IMG/VR virus record: IMGVR_UViG_3300020179_000005 | Coordinates: 62,001-126,000 of that record | DNA length: 64,000 nt | Strand: one strand, 5' to 3' | In this document: positions 44,381 through 54,535 of the stretch, one piece after another | Position numbering within the stretch: position 1 is the stretch's first letter | How the letters are laid out: every line of letters starts with the position of its first letter | Notes under the pieces: generated by a model | Told to the model about the DNA's origin: nothing | What the model saw: only the letters and a program-made list of their open reading frames with translations | The model's database searches: none | Position numbers and translations under genes: made by a program

Positions 44381-46078
44381 TTAGAATGTTCCGCCGTCAA
44401 TGGTTACTCCATCGAATGTGGTTAAATTTGTTATGGAGCCACCCGTGATAGAAACGTTGTTTGAATTTTGAACGGCGATAGTGCCAAGTCCAAGAGTTGT
44501 TCTTGCAACTGCAGCGCTTGCGCTTGCAATCAAATTTCTTCCGTAAGAAGTTAAATCAGTGAGACTAGCAGTTCCGGATCCGGTGAAATATGCAAGCTTA
44601 TCTGCAGCTGATGTCAAACCAGCCAAAGCCGCTAGTTCTGCATCATAACCCTGAACGTCGGTGCCTATTGTCAAACCAAGATTTGTTCTTGCGGCGGCGG
44701 CGGTTGTTGCCCCGGTGCCACCATGGCTTATGGATATCGTTGAACCATTCCATGTACCGGTTGTGATCGTACCAACAGATGCGAGGCTTGAGTTAACTAC
44801 AGTTGCACCGAGGGTTGTGCTAGACAAAACTGAACTAGAGTCTATTGCATAAGTTTTACCCGCTGCCAAATCAAAATTTTCTGAAGACGTCCAGGAGTCT
44901 GTTGCATCTATCCAATTCAAAGTTTTGTCGGTGGCACCTTTTATTGTTATGCCTGCTCCATCTGCTGCCGCATCGGTTGTTGATCCATTTGCAATTACTA
45001 TGTTTTTATCCTCAACCGCCAAAGTGGAAGTGTTTAATGTAGTCGTATTACCCTGAACCAACAAATCTCCGGTTACCGTCAGATTATTTGGAATTGTTAC
45101 ATCATTTGGTAAAGAAAACGTTACGTTCCCGTTTGCGCCAGAAACAGCAACTTGATTGGCGGTACCAGCGACTGAAACAACTCCGGCATTGGTAACGGTA
45201 AATATTCCACCTTCAACGTTAGTATTCGAAACCGATATTCCAGTTCCAGCAGCAACCGAAGCAACATAATTGCCAGTTGTATCATCACCAAGAGCAACTG
45301 AGTTAGCTGCTACCGTTGCTGTCAGAGTGGCACTTGCAAGATCTGTAACCGTAACACTACCAGTTAAATCACCACCAAGTGTGATCGTAAAATCTGCTAC
45401 GTTAAGATTTATTTTTGCATTTGCGTCATCATAGGTTGCAGCAATTCCGGAATGAGTTCCATTAGTAAATAGCTCTCCAGCGGCGTCTTGAGCGGCTTCC
45501 GTAAAGTTAGTCACTGCTGCTGAAGTAATTGAAATTGCAGAATTACCCGCTGCAAGTAGGCGACCCTGGGCATCCACGGTAAATGTAGAAACTGTATTCG
45601 TTGCACCATAAGATCCGGGCAATACGCTAGTGTTGTCAAGATTCAAAGTAATCGTATCTGTTGCGCTAGCTACAGAGCTAAGACCAGTGCCACCAGAAAT
45701 TGTAAGAGTATCTATTCCAGATGTTATTGTTTGCGAGCTTCCAGAATCACCAGCAACTGTAAAAGACGTAGCCACAGCGGTGACTAATCCGTCAACGTAA
45801 GCTTTAGTTACAGCATGTGTGGCGCCAGAGGGGGTGGGAACTATTACCGTTCCAGAAAAGGTTTTATTTCCTGAAATTGTTTGATTACTAGTTAAAGTAG
45901 TGAAAGCACCAGGACCAGCAATAGCTAAAGCCGTGCCAGTTCCACCTGCTCCGTTTGTACCTTCGCCATAATATAGGGTATCGTCAACTTCATTAAATGC
46001 CAACTCTGCATTGTGTATTTCTGACGGTGCTCCGGCTGCCCCAGATGTTCTACGTCTAATTCTTAATATATTGGCCAT
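44381..46078 (-). CDS. Fibre protein (565 aa)
   Basis: IRRR...AELAFNEVDDTLYYG N-terminal motif, GGTGATTAAAARTNLGL, ends IDGGTF. Confidence 0.8.
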   Translation of the reverse strand: MANILRIRRRTSGAAGAPSEIHNAELAFNEVDDTLYYGEGTNGAGGTGTALAIAGPGAFTTLTSNQTISGNKTFSGTVIVPTPSGATHAVTKAYVDGLVTAVATSFTVAGDSGSSQTITSGIDTLTISGGTGLSSVASATDTITLNLDNTSVLPGSYGATNTVSTFTVDAQGRLLAAGNSAISITSAAVTNFTEAAQDAAGELFTNGTHSGIAATYDDANAKINLNVADFTITLGGDLTGSVTVTDLASATLTATVAANSVALGDDTTGNYVASVAAGTGISVSNTNVEGGIFTVTNAGVVSVAGTANQVAVSGANGNVTFSLPNDVTIPNNLTVTGDLLVQGNTTTLNTSTLAVEDKNIVIANGSTTDAAADGAGITIKGATDKTLNWIDATDSWTSSENFDLAAGKTYAIDSSSVLSSTTLGATVVNSSLASVGTITTGTWNGSTISISHGGTGATTAAAARTNLGLTIGTDVQGYDAELAALAGLTSAADKLAYFTGSGTASLTDLTSYGRNLIASASAAVARTTLGLGTIAVQNSNNVSITGGSITNLTTFDGVTIDGGTF

Positions 46079-46080
46079 AC

Positions 46081-46419
46081 CTAGAAGTTCCCTCCGTCCA
46101 CTAAATTCTCTTCGTCGTAATTAATCCAAGCATTGCCGTTATAACGCAAAACCTGACCCGTTTCTACTGAATTTATAGTAACATCAGTTAAACCATTTAA
46201 TACTGATTGATTTAAAATATTAGTTTCTGTAGCAACTATTCTATCTTTTACCGTCAAATGGGATCCCGCAGGATTTAAACCAAGAACTGTTTGTACAGCC
46301 TCTAAAGCATCGTTGACGTTGGCGTGTTGAAGATGATGTGGAACTGTAACAGAATTTAAAGTATCATTGGCAGTAGGATTAATTAAATTGTCTAAAGCTG
46401 ACGGGTACTGTGAAGGCAT
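46081..46419 (-). CDS. Small virion protein
   Basis: LTDVTI...GQVLRYNGNAWIN repeat; ends VDGGNF like its neighbour. Confidence 0.65.
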   Translation of the reverse strand: MPSQYPSALDNLINPTANDTLNSVTVPHHLQHANVNDALEAVQTVLGLNPAGSHLTVKDRIVATETNILNQSVLNGLTDVTINSVETGQVLRYNGNAWINYDEENLVDGGNF

Positions 46420-46428
46420 TTTATTTCC

Positions 46429-46839
46429 TTATAGTGAAAGTATTTTATTAGGTTCGTTACTCCAAAATATAGTAATAGAATTAGCTGTGTTTAAACCGCT
46501 AAAAGGCAATCCATCTGATGTGTCAATATAGAATATCAATCTTGCATTTGTATCAGAGGGACTATATTGATATAGAGCTAATGCATGAAAGGGGGATCCG
46601 TCATATTCAGTTATCGTTAAATCCTCTGCATCCAAAACTCCGTTGGTATTAACTATCGAGCTTATTGCCTGAGACCTCAGCTGTATGGCATTTACTGGTA
46701 TATCGCTTACGTATTGGTCTGTATTTTGGTTAGGGATATAATTGTTTTTTAGTAGTAAAACCTTTAATTGATTAGAAGAAACATCTATGTCACCATTTAA
46801 TAATGCTTGTTTTGCTTTTTTATAAACAAAATTTGCCAC
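46429..46839 (-). CDS. Putative virion structural protein
   Basis: 136 aa ORF in the structural operon; motif-level resemblance to phage appendage-attachment proteins only. Confidence 0.55.
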   Translation of the reverse strand: MANFVYKKAKQALLNGDIDVSSNQLKVLLLKNNYIPNQNTDQYVSDIPVNAIQLRSQAISSIVNTNGVLDAEDLTITEYDGSPFHALALYQYSPSDTNARLIFYIDTSDGLPFSGLNTANSITIFWSNEPNKILSL

Positions 46840-47615
46840 TATATACCGATGCTTCCTAAAACTTTTATCCTATATTTATATCCTTTTTCAAAATATTGTT
46901 TTCCATCCGTAAAGTAAGATGGTGTAGCGTCATTCAATGAGGGGAAGTCTACGTAAACTTCCGGTTTCCACGAATGCATTTTTATATCTGCCGTTACAGC
47001 TTCCCAACGACAAGGCGTCCTTTGTATCTTTTTTCTTTGACATTGGAAGTATTTATTCGTAAGAAAGTTTGAAGCCGGCCTTTCATTAAAAACAACAGTT
47101 ACCCTTCCGTTATTAAAATTATTTTCTAAATAGAATTCTCCATCGCCAGGGAATGTTTGATCTATAAAGAAGTTAGGATTTTTTGCAACTATGGAATAAC
47201 TAAAATCTATATCTGCTTTTATTGATCTATCTTCTATCAAAACGGGCGATAGAACAGGTTCGCTTATCTGGGTTGAATTAGGAGTGGCTGTGCAATTTAG
47301 CCACGTAAATTCTATAATTTCTGTAGGAACTATTGTTCCAGAAGAATCAATAATATTTTCTACTTTAATTGAATATTTTGAATTCTCTTGAAGAGAGTTT
47401 GTTTTCCAGTAAAGGGTTATAATTCTTGAAATTTGATTATAGTCTTTTACCGTATTTATCAATTCAAACGGGGCGGATATTTGAGAAGGAGTAGCTGCTG
47501 CCGTAAAAAGAGTAAAATTTTCATTTTTTAATGAAGATATTTTTACTGTTCTAAAAAACTTTATGGAAACAGAGTAGCATCCAACTGCTGCTCTTTCTAT
47601 AAGAAATAAGCTCAC
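46839..47615 (-). CDS. Putative head-associated protein with Ig-like domains
   Basis: First gene after the capsid terminator; two beta-rich halves ending KYSIKV and KYRIKV. Confidence 0.55.
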   Translation of the reverse strand: MSLFLIERAAVGCYSVSIKFFRTVKISSLKNENFTLFTAAATPSQISAPFELINTVKDYNQISRIITLYWKTNSLQENSKYSIKVENIIDSSGTIVPTEIIEFTWLNCTATPNSTQISEPVLSPVLIEDRSIKADIDFSYSIVAKNPNFFIDQTFPGDGEFYLENNFNNGRVTVVFNERPASNFLTNKYFQCQRKKIQRTPCRWEAVTADIKMHSWKPEVYVDFPSLNDATPSYFTDGKQYFEKGYKYRIKVLGSIGI

Positions 47616-47670
47616 TTAAATTCTCCAGACTGCTAACTAAACAAGATAGTAATCGCTTATAGCCAAATAC

Positions 47671-47706
47671 AAAACGAGGGGCCGAGATTACTCTCGGACC
47701 CCCCGT
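47671..47706 (-). terminator. Rho-independent terminator after the major capsid gene
   Basis: Minus strand ACGGGGGGTCCGAGA-GTAA-TCTCGGCCCCTCGTTTT; a second weaker hairpin lies at 47708-47732. Confidence 0.8.
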
Positions 47707-47741
47707 CTAGGGTTGTAACTATAACTACCCTAAGTATCAAA

Positions 47742-48797
47742 TTACATTTCGTTTGTAACTTGAACCTCGTAGTTACGAGCTAGTCTGACATTCTTAGCAA
47801 CAGTGATACCCTCACCGTCACCGAGCATTACGATGTCATAACGTTCCTTCATCTTCATTGCGCGGATGTCACGTGATGGATCATCAAATTGGTCCGTGCT
47901 CATGTCTTCTTTGACAAGGAGTGTTCCGACTTCGTTGCGGTCGATCAGGAATAGATCCGACTTGGCGGCGTTCCCGGCGCTCTTAGCGGTGAAGCTAACG
48001 AACGGCGAGACGATAACGTTAAGGCCCATCGGGGCTGTGGCGTTAAGCGCACCTTCTTTTGAATCCGGACGATAGCCCCAGCTTGTATTCACTGCCGCTG
48101 CGGAACCACCCGTGTGGAAGATTGCGTCCTTCAAGAAAACAGACCACATCAGTGGATGCAGGATGAAATCCGTCGGAACATGATTCTCAGCCATAAGCAC
48201 GGCTGCCATATCCACAACGTCATCCCAGGTTACTGTCTTATTGAAAGCACCATCGATGCCACGACCTGTCGTATCATCGTATGAATTACTGTCGTTATCA
48301 AAGACGATTGTTGCAGCGTCCTTAAAGCGACTTAATGCAATCTGCTCCTTAAGACGTGCCATAGCACGGCCTGCGGCGCGAACATGCATTCCTACGATAT
48401 CCCAAAGTGAGTCAGCAACAACTTCTTCTGTAAAAGCCAGCTTAACGCCCTTCTTGGACACCTTGCCCTCTACTTGCTTAGCAAATGCGAGAGCTTGCTC
48501 TGGGTATTCTTGTCCTTCTGGAATCTCTGCAGCTTGAATTGCATTAACTGCCGGGAACTCCAAAGAACGCCCTTTGCCAAGGCGAACCGTGGAAAGAAGA
48601 GGCGTAACCAACAACTGTGGTTCTGCAGCTTCCTTTAAGGTACGAGAGATAACTTTTGGAAACAACGCTGCAGCATCGGACGATGCAAAAGCTTCTTTAA
48701 TTGTTACCCTGTTTTCTCCGTCGATGTACCCGTCCTCAGATAATGCAGCTTCCCAAGCCGGGAGCCCAGTAAGGAGTTCTTGGATTGTCTTACTCAT
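47742..48797 (-). CDS. Major capsid protein (HK97-fold likely)
   Basis: AAEIPEGQEYPE, KKGVKLAFTEEVVADS, PTDFILHP and KERYD motifs; follows protease and decoration genes; codon bias typical of high expression; followed by a terminator. Confidence 0.9.
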   Translation of the reverse strand: MSKTIQELLTGLPAWEAALSEDGYIDGENRVTIKEAFASSDAAALFPKVISRTLKEAAEPQLLVTPLLSTVRLGKGRSLEFPAVNAIQAAEIPEGQEYPEQALAFAKQVEGKVSKKGVKLAFTEEVVADSLWDIVGMHVRAAGRAMARLKEQIALSRFKDAATIVFDNDSNSYDDTTGRGIDGAFNKTVTWDDVVDMAAVLMAENHVPTDFILHPLMWSVFLKDAIFHTGGSAAAVNTSWGYRPDSKEGALNATAPMGLNVIVSPFVSFTAKSAGNAAKSDLFLIDRNEVGTLLVKEDMSTDQFDDPSRDIRAMKMKERYDIVMLGDGEGITVAKNVRLARNYEVQVTNEM

Positions 48798-48825
48798 CTT
48801 AGGATTATCCTCCTGTTATCTTTCT

Positions 48826-49581
48826 TTATAGGGTCAAGTTGACGCGGAATGCGCCAATGACATTGTTTACATCCAGGTTAGCGCGAATACCGAGCTTGCC
48901 CTTGAAGGTACCTGCGCGTGTCAGCTCATATACCGTCTTTAGTGCACCTGGATCTGATGGTAGCTGCATGTAGGAAAGGAGGCCGTCATCAAAGTTCGAT
49001 GCGAACTTCTCGACCTCAATTACTTTACCAACTTGCAACCATGGAAACGAGGCGGCATCTGCATCTGACAGTGCAACCGCGCGTCCCATGAAGTCTGGGC
49101 GGATGAGTGAACCAGCGGTGACATCGGCGTTCAAGCCTGAAACCATTGGATACTCAACATAGCCGTGAGTGATGAACCCTGCGCCTTGTGACGTGCCCTT
49201 ATCAAAGGGACGATAAAGGTCATACTGCGCACAGCCAATCGGCTTTGAGCGGGCACTGCAAACGATTGTATCGCCTGACGCACCTGCCGTTGGAGTTGCA
49301 CCATCAAGTGGGTTCCAACCGCTTATTGTATCACCCCAAGTAACATTAGAGCCCGAACCATTTGCTGGAACAACTCTTGAGTCACCATTGCCATCTGTAA
49401 CCACCGAAAGAATCGTTCCTTTAGTAAGAACAATCTCGAAGCGATCATCTTCTGAATCGAGGTACCATGTCGGCAAGCCGGGATGCGGAAGCAAGTAAGC
49501 TGCTGGGGCGACACCCTCAGAAACTACGAAACGACCGGCACCTGTCTTGGAGTGTACCTTACGAAATTTTGCTAAACTCAT
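48826..49581 (-). CDS. Capsid decoration/cement protein
   Basis: Lies between scaffold and major capsid genes with the same codon bias; KGTILS, PIGCAQYD and AGSLIRPD motifs. Confidence 0.6.
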   Translation of the reverse strand: MSLAKFRKVHSKTGAGRFVVSEGVAPAAYLLPHPGLPTWYLDSEDDRFEIVLTKGTILSVVTDGNGDSRVVPANGSGSNVTWGDTISGWNPLDGATPTAGASGDTIVCSARSKPIGCAQYDLYRPFDKGTSQGAGFITHGYVEYPMVSGLNADVTAGSLIRPDFMGRAVALSDADAASFPWLQVGKVIEVEKFASNFDDGLLSYMQLPSDPGALKTVYELTRAGTFKGKLGIRANLDVNNVIGAFRVNLTL

Positions 49582-49606
49582 TTTTTTCTCCTCTTGTTAA
49601 ATTCGA

Positions 49607-51209
49607 TTAGAGTTTACGTCTGCCCATTAAGGCATCTACGAAAAGCTGCTCGAAAACTTCTTCAGAATTTTCTTCTTTTGCCTTTGGCTCTTCATCAACC
49701 GTAACAACTTTTTGTTCCTCTGCTACGACCAATTCTGATTCCATTGTCGGAACCTCAAATGACTTGGACTTCTTTTCAGGAAGCTTGGCGAGATCTCTCA
49801 AAGAATCAGCCAAGGACGATGCCGTTCTTGCACTGTGATCTTTGACGAGTTTGTCTCTGTCGCTTGCTGAATCAATTCCAAGAGCAATCTTGGTGTCAAC
49901 AACTCTTTCGGCAAGAGTATTGTGAAGTGCTGCTTTCAGGCGAGCATTTTCTTCCTGCAAGGTTTTGATCAATTTTTGTATTTCATCTCCTTGCTCATCA
50001 CCTTTATCTTCTTGGGCAATGAGGTCATCGGATTTGATCTCTTCCTTTTCAGGATCATTTTCATCTGATTTTTGCTCAGATGTCTCTTGTGGCTCTTCGG
50101 TTTTTTCGGAATCAACATCCTGTGCGGTTTGTTCTTCCGCTTGTTCCGAATTGTCACTGGAGATTTCTTGTTGCTTTTGTTCATCAGTTGATTCATCAAC
50201 TTTTTCTTCAGCAACGACTTCTTCTTTTTGTTCTACTGGTTTTTCTTCTGCAGTATCTGCAGCTGCAGCGATAGTAGAAAGATCATGACTAAGCTCTTGT
50301 GCTACGGTCAAAATGTCTTCCTTAACTTGAGCATCTTCCATGCCTGTATTCTCCTCAGATGTTGTTGTATTTGAATCTTTATTAAATAGTAATGATTTCT
50401 CTATATTATTACTATTTTCGCTTTCCTGAACCGCCATAGCGGCAAGGAATGCCCCTTTTGTATGAAGGTAAACTGGTCTAGATTCTTTTTTCTTTAAATT
50501 CTTAAGAATTGATTCGTTTTCCTTCAAGGATATAATATCTTCCTGATCCATGTGAAGCACAAAGGCTGAGCTTTTTGCTATCCATGTATCTGAGTCTGAC
50601 ACTGGCATTTTTGAACCTATAGCTTTTGTATCTCTAACCCCAGACCTTTGATCTGCCGGCTGATTTACAAAAGAGTATTCCTTAAATGAAATATCTTGCA
50701 TGTCTATAAAGGCTAATTTTCCTTTATAAACCTGACCTCTTTTATATTTTGGAAACTTTGGCCTGCCGCTAGCATCTTCTTTTGCTAAATCCTCTCCAGA
50801 AATTGAGCAGAGAGCTTTACCCGCCCTTCCGCCAACTGAACCGGTAAGATACCTTCTGTCGGCTATTTTTTGGGCGGCTGCAGGATCGGTTATGGCTATT
50901 TGAAGCCTTACGTAAGATGCACCATCTTCTTCTTTTTCCATTTTAGCGGCCATTACCCTGCCAATTGGCTCAGAATTAAGGTCGTGGTTTAAAATTACCG
51001 GCTTTGGATAGGGTTCAACCCAAGACTGCAAAGCCTTTTCTAATTCCGTTGAAGAATAGTTATTATAATTTGCGGTAAGCCCGCTCGTGAATAGCTGCAA
51101 CCTCTATAATGAGACCATGGTTAGAATTAAAGTTTTCCAAAAAGTTATAATTTGATTCAGATAAGTTTGGAAACTCAACTGTGAAATTTTCTGTAAAATC
51201 AAAGCTCAT
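49607..51209 (-). CDS. Prohead protease-scaffold fusion, ~533 aa, joined across the +1 CGG site at 51083
   Basis: ATG at 51209 with AGAGG RBS (MSFDF...EVAAIHE, then GLTANYNNY); protease motifs ILNHD, PIGRV, YLTGSVG, CSISG, EYSFVNQPAD; acidic coiled-coil scaffold C-half. Confidence 0.8.
51081..51083 (-). other. +1 recoding site GAG-C-GGG
   Basis: Codon 43; frame 0 stops 6 codons later; +1 enters the protease ORF. Confidence 0.85.
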
Positions 51210-51282
51210 TTTAACCTCTGTAGTTAACTATAAAATATAGTACAATTCTTTTTATAACATTAAACAATTTTATACAAATATA

Positions 51283-52056
51283 TCAGACTTTTACTAGGTT
51301 GTCTAATTTTTCAGAACTTCTAGGATCCCCATTCTTTATATATTCAGATAGGTGTAGTTCCGACATAATATGAGGGGCATATATATAAGAAGCGCTATAT
51401 AATTTTAAGTTATTTTCTTTTGCTTTCTTTGACCAACCAAGATCTTCACCCTGTTGATGAAACTCGTAATCCAAAGTCATATAGGTTTTCTTTGACATCA
51501 TTTTAGCTGCCATTATAACGTCGGATTGAAAATAAGTTCCTATAGGATAATTTTGATCTCTAGATGCCTTCCAGTCTTCTCTCCATGACATTACGCTGGG
51601 AAAGTTAGTACCAACAGGAGTCATGTACATCAATGGTGAGACTGCGTCTGCGCCTTCATTAATATGAGCTATCAATAATTCTATTGTATTTGGGTTTTCA
51701 ATTAAGACATCCGAATCAAGACTAAAATAATAATCTGGTTGATACTCTCTAACTTTTGACAGAATTGAATTTCTCATATTGATCATATTGTGATATTTGG
51801 ACAAAGTCCATTGCCTACCATTGTTTTGATGCTCAAAGTGGGGTACGTCTGATCTTTCAACAATATCAAAGAGTGGAATATTTTTGTCTATTCTTTTCCA
51901 CGTATTAAGGGAGATAATTGTAGAACTATCATTAGGATCAACTTCAAATATAAATCCAATATTTGACATACTAACGGATTGCTTTAAAATGCACCTAACC
52001 CAGTGCGGCAGTATCCAATCTCTTTTGTATATTGGGCAAGCTATTATCAGCTTCAT
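51283..52056 (-). CDS. Glycosyltransferase (GT-A fold, family 2-like)
   Basis: IIACPIYKR N-terminal strand, FSLDSD (DxD), QGEDLGW, APHIM. Confidence 0.75.
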   Translation of the reverse strand: MKLIIACPIYKRDWILPHWVRCILKQSVSMSNIGFIFEVDPNDSSTIISLNTWKRIDKNIPLFDIVERSDVPHFEHQNNGRQWTLSKYHNMINMRNSILSKVREYQPDYYFSLDSDVLIENPNTIELLIAHINEGADAVSPLMYMTPVGTNFPSVMSWREDWKASRDQNYPIGTYFQSDVIMAAKMMSKKTYMTLDYEFHQQGEDLGWSKKAKENNLKLYSASYIYAPHIMSELHLSEYIKNGDPRSSEKLDNLVKV

Positions 52057-52334
52057 TGTTGTTCAGTTTTGACTGTCTTTTCTTTTGTTTCTGACTTTTT
52101 ATTTGAGGTTTTTTTTTCTGGTTGTTTTTGTTCTTCGACTTTTGGTTCATCTGTTTGATCTTCTGACTCTGAAAAAATTAAATCAAATCCTTCAGCAAAA
52201 GCGTCAACTATTTCTGTGAGTATTTGCATAGCAAGTCTCACTTGATTATTTTCAACGGCTGTTTTAAATCCTTTTAGCGCGTCTTCTTCTTGAAAAAACT
52301 CTTTAGAAATTTCAGATTTTATCATTAACGACAT
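52053..52334 (-). CDS. Hypothetical protein (93 aa)
   Basis: Overlaps both the portal end and the glycosyltransferase start. Confidence 0.6.
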   Translation of the reverse strand: MSLMIKSEISKEFFQEEDALKGFKTAVENNQVRLAMQILTEIVDAFAEGFDLIFSESEDQTDEPKVEEQKQPEKKTSNKKSETKEKTVKTEQQ

Positions 52335-53952
52335 TACTTGAATCCTTTTCTTCTTTTGTATACACTACATTATAGTCTTTTTCTAGGACATTTTCAACAA
52401 CAGACAACCAACTTAAATCAGATCTTCTAATATTTGGAGAAGTTTTTCTTCCACTTTGATTTGCTGGACGAGTCGCATTTCCTGCTCCTCTTCTTTTATT
52501 TGGTAGATTTCTTTGGCCACCAGTAGAAGACGCTTGTTTATCTGAATCTGCCTGAGTTTTCATCTGCGTCTGGGCATCCATTATGTCCATTTGAACCTTG
52601 CCCTGTAGTGCGGCGTACAGCTCACTTTCTTCCACTTCAGGACTTAGATTCAACTGAATTCTAGCTTCGCTAATTCCTATAAGATTGTTAACAAATTTTT
52701 GTATGACGTGAGTTTCTTTTTTAACTTGAGTATCAACATCTATTTCGTTAAATTTAAAATAACAACGATCAGAAGTCTCATTTGTTGATGGATTAAGAAT
52801 TGGATCATATCCAGCCTCAAACAATAACTCATTGAATATGTGTAGTCTTATCATTTCTGAAAATACTTTTTGATAGTTTTTTATTTTATCATAAAGAGCA
52901 ACATCCAGTCTGTCGGTTACTGATCTATTTCCACCGTTCATCCCAATGCCCAAGTGATGGGGGGCCAAGCCAAGACCCACGGATACTCTTTCCTTGAAAT
53001 GATTGAGGTATTCGATTGCCTCAAGTGCCTCTCTGCCAGCGCCAACAATGTCTATATTGTGTCTATGCGGAAGAATCAATCCACCTTCAGATCTAAGATT
53101 TTCTATTTCTGCTGAAGCTCTATCTATTTCGTCTGGCTCAGCTGGTTGTTCGGGAGTGCCAATAGTATATTTGTATAATGGAAACAATTCTCTGTGAACC
53201 AAGTTTTGAATATCTTCTTCCATTTGTCTTAGAGCTACTACGTCATCTAAAACATTACTCAAAAACGGAGTACCAAATGCTCTACCAGTTTTTTTATCTA
53301 TAGCTATATGAATAACTCTGTCTGCCGCCCAAACAGGATCTCTTTCGTTTGGAGAATAAGTGAGAGGATCTGTTGATTGCTGGTACGCTTTTGGTCTATT
53401 GAATCTATCTCGCAGTATTCTCACTTGCTCAGTTGGTATCAAATAATATCCAACGATTGGTTGAGTTGAATTTATTGGAGTTAGTTTTTCGGGAAAATAT
53501 TCCGAAATATCTCCACGAGCCTTGACTATAAAAGCGTTTCCAAATTTAAACAACTGATCTGAAACTTCTTCAAGAAAATCTATAAATGGTCTTTTCATCG
53601 CCATTTCCATGAAATCTATTCTTTGATATAGATATGAAATAGCTTCCGAATTTTCTCCAGATATTTGCCAACCTTCTTTCCAAAAGAGCTCCCTATATTT
53701 GTTCATGGCTTGACGAACGTAGGAATCTGTATCTACGGCCTGCATGATGCGATCAAAGTCATAGGGAGATGGCTCGAATGTAGATCTGGTATTGTAATAC
53801 CACGTATTGCCTTGGAAGCCAAGCGCAAGAGCCGCTATTTTCATTGTTTTTGGTAACTGCTTAACGTCTTCTGGTTTAATTGTTCTGGCTACAAATCTTT
53901 TACCAGACACATTATCCAAAGAACGAAATGGCAGATAATCTAGAATGGCCAT
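52312..53952 (-). CDS. Portal protein
   Basis: FGNAFIVK, VIHI, AFGTPFL..VLDD and GLGLAP motifs; 546 aa; lies between terminase and protease. Confidence 0.85.
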   Translation of the reverse strand: MAILDYLPFRSLDNVSGKRFVARTIKPEDVKQLPKTMKIAALALGFQGNTWYYNTRSTFEPSPYDFDRIMQAVDTDSYVRQAMNKYRELFWKEGWQISGENSEAISYLYQRIDFMEMAMKRPFIDFLEEVSDQLFKFGNAFIVKARGDISEYFPEKLTPINSTQPIVGYYLIPTEQVRILRDRFNRPKAYQQSTDPLTYSPNERDPVWAADRVIHIAIDKKTGRAFGTPFLSNVLDDVVALRQMEEDIQNLVHRELFPLYKYTIGTPEQPAEPDEIDRASAEIENLRSEGGLILPHRHNIDIVGAGREALEAIEYLNHFKERVSVGLGLAPHHLGIGMNGGNRSVTDRLDVALYDKIKNYQKVFSEMIRLHIFNELLFEAGYDPILNPSTNETSDRCYFKFNEIDVDTQVKKETHVIQKFVNNLIGISEARIQLNLSPEVEESELYAALQGKVQMDIMDAQTQMKTQADSDKQASSTGGQRNLPNKRRGAGNATRPANQSGRKTSPNIRRSDLSWLSVVENVLEKDYNVVYTKEEKDSSNVVNDKI

Positions 53953-54006
53953 TTTTTCTCCTATAAAAGCTATTTAAATAGTAGCCCTAAGGCTAGCTTT
54001 TATAAC

Positions 54007-54186
54007 TTACTTCTGCTCTATGCCAGCTCTTTCAAAGGTATTCTTAATAATAAGACCCTTTACTGCTTCAAGCCAAAAGATAGTTTCTGATTCTGGAAAG
54101 TCGCTTCTGTAAGAAAGGTTTTTGTCGCTAATCTTAATTTCTATTGCAAACTCAGACTTTTGCTCTTGTGTATTCTCTTCGGTCAT
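54007..54186 (-). CDS. Small hypothetical protein (59 aa, not in the ORF track)
   Basis: MTEENTQEQKSEFAIEIKISDKNLSYRSDFPESETIFWLEAVKGLIIKNTFERAGIEQK; GAGG RBS; fills the gap between genes. Confidence 0.65.
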   Translation of the reverse strand: MTEENTQEQKSEFAIEIKISDKNLSYRSDFPESETIFWLEAVKGLIIKNTFERAGIEQK

Positions 54187-54187
54187 T

Positions 54188-54448
54188 TTATTTTTGTCCT
54201 CTCATGTTATTAATTACATTTGTCAACTGTCTAATTGTAGCATCTTTTACAACCAATTCAGTGGTTAGTTGAGCAAGTTTTTCTTGAAAACAGGCTATAA
54301 CTAAATTCATGTCTAAACCATTGTTTGGTTGCTCAACATTGTTTTCTAATTTATCTTCCAAAACATTCTCCGTATCATCTTGCGGCGTTACAAAATCATC
54401 ATTATTATTTTTGCTTTGCCAATTGGGTTTTTGATTTATCTTAGACAT
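54188..54448 (-). CDS. Small coiled-coil protein (likely start MSKIN at 54448)
   Basis: TGGTATAAT lies 6 nt upstream of this ATG; heptad-like C-terminus. Confidence 0.6.
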   Translation of the reverse strand: MSKINQKPNWQSKNNNDDFVTPQDDTENVLEDKLENNVEQPNNGLDMNLVIACFQEKLAQLTTELVVKDATIRQLTNVINNMRGQK

Positions 54449-54535
54449 CTTCCAATTATACCACTTTTTTTTATTCATAAGTCAAGTTTATCATAAATTT
54501 TCTAAATCTACAAGTCTTTTACTCTAAATTATTTA

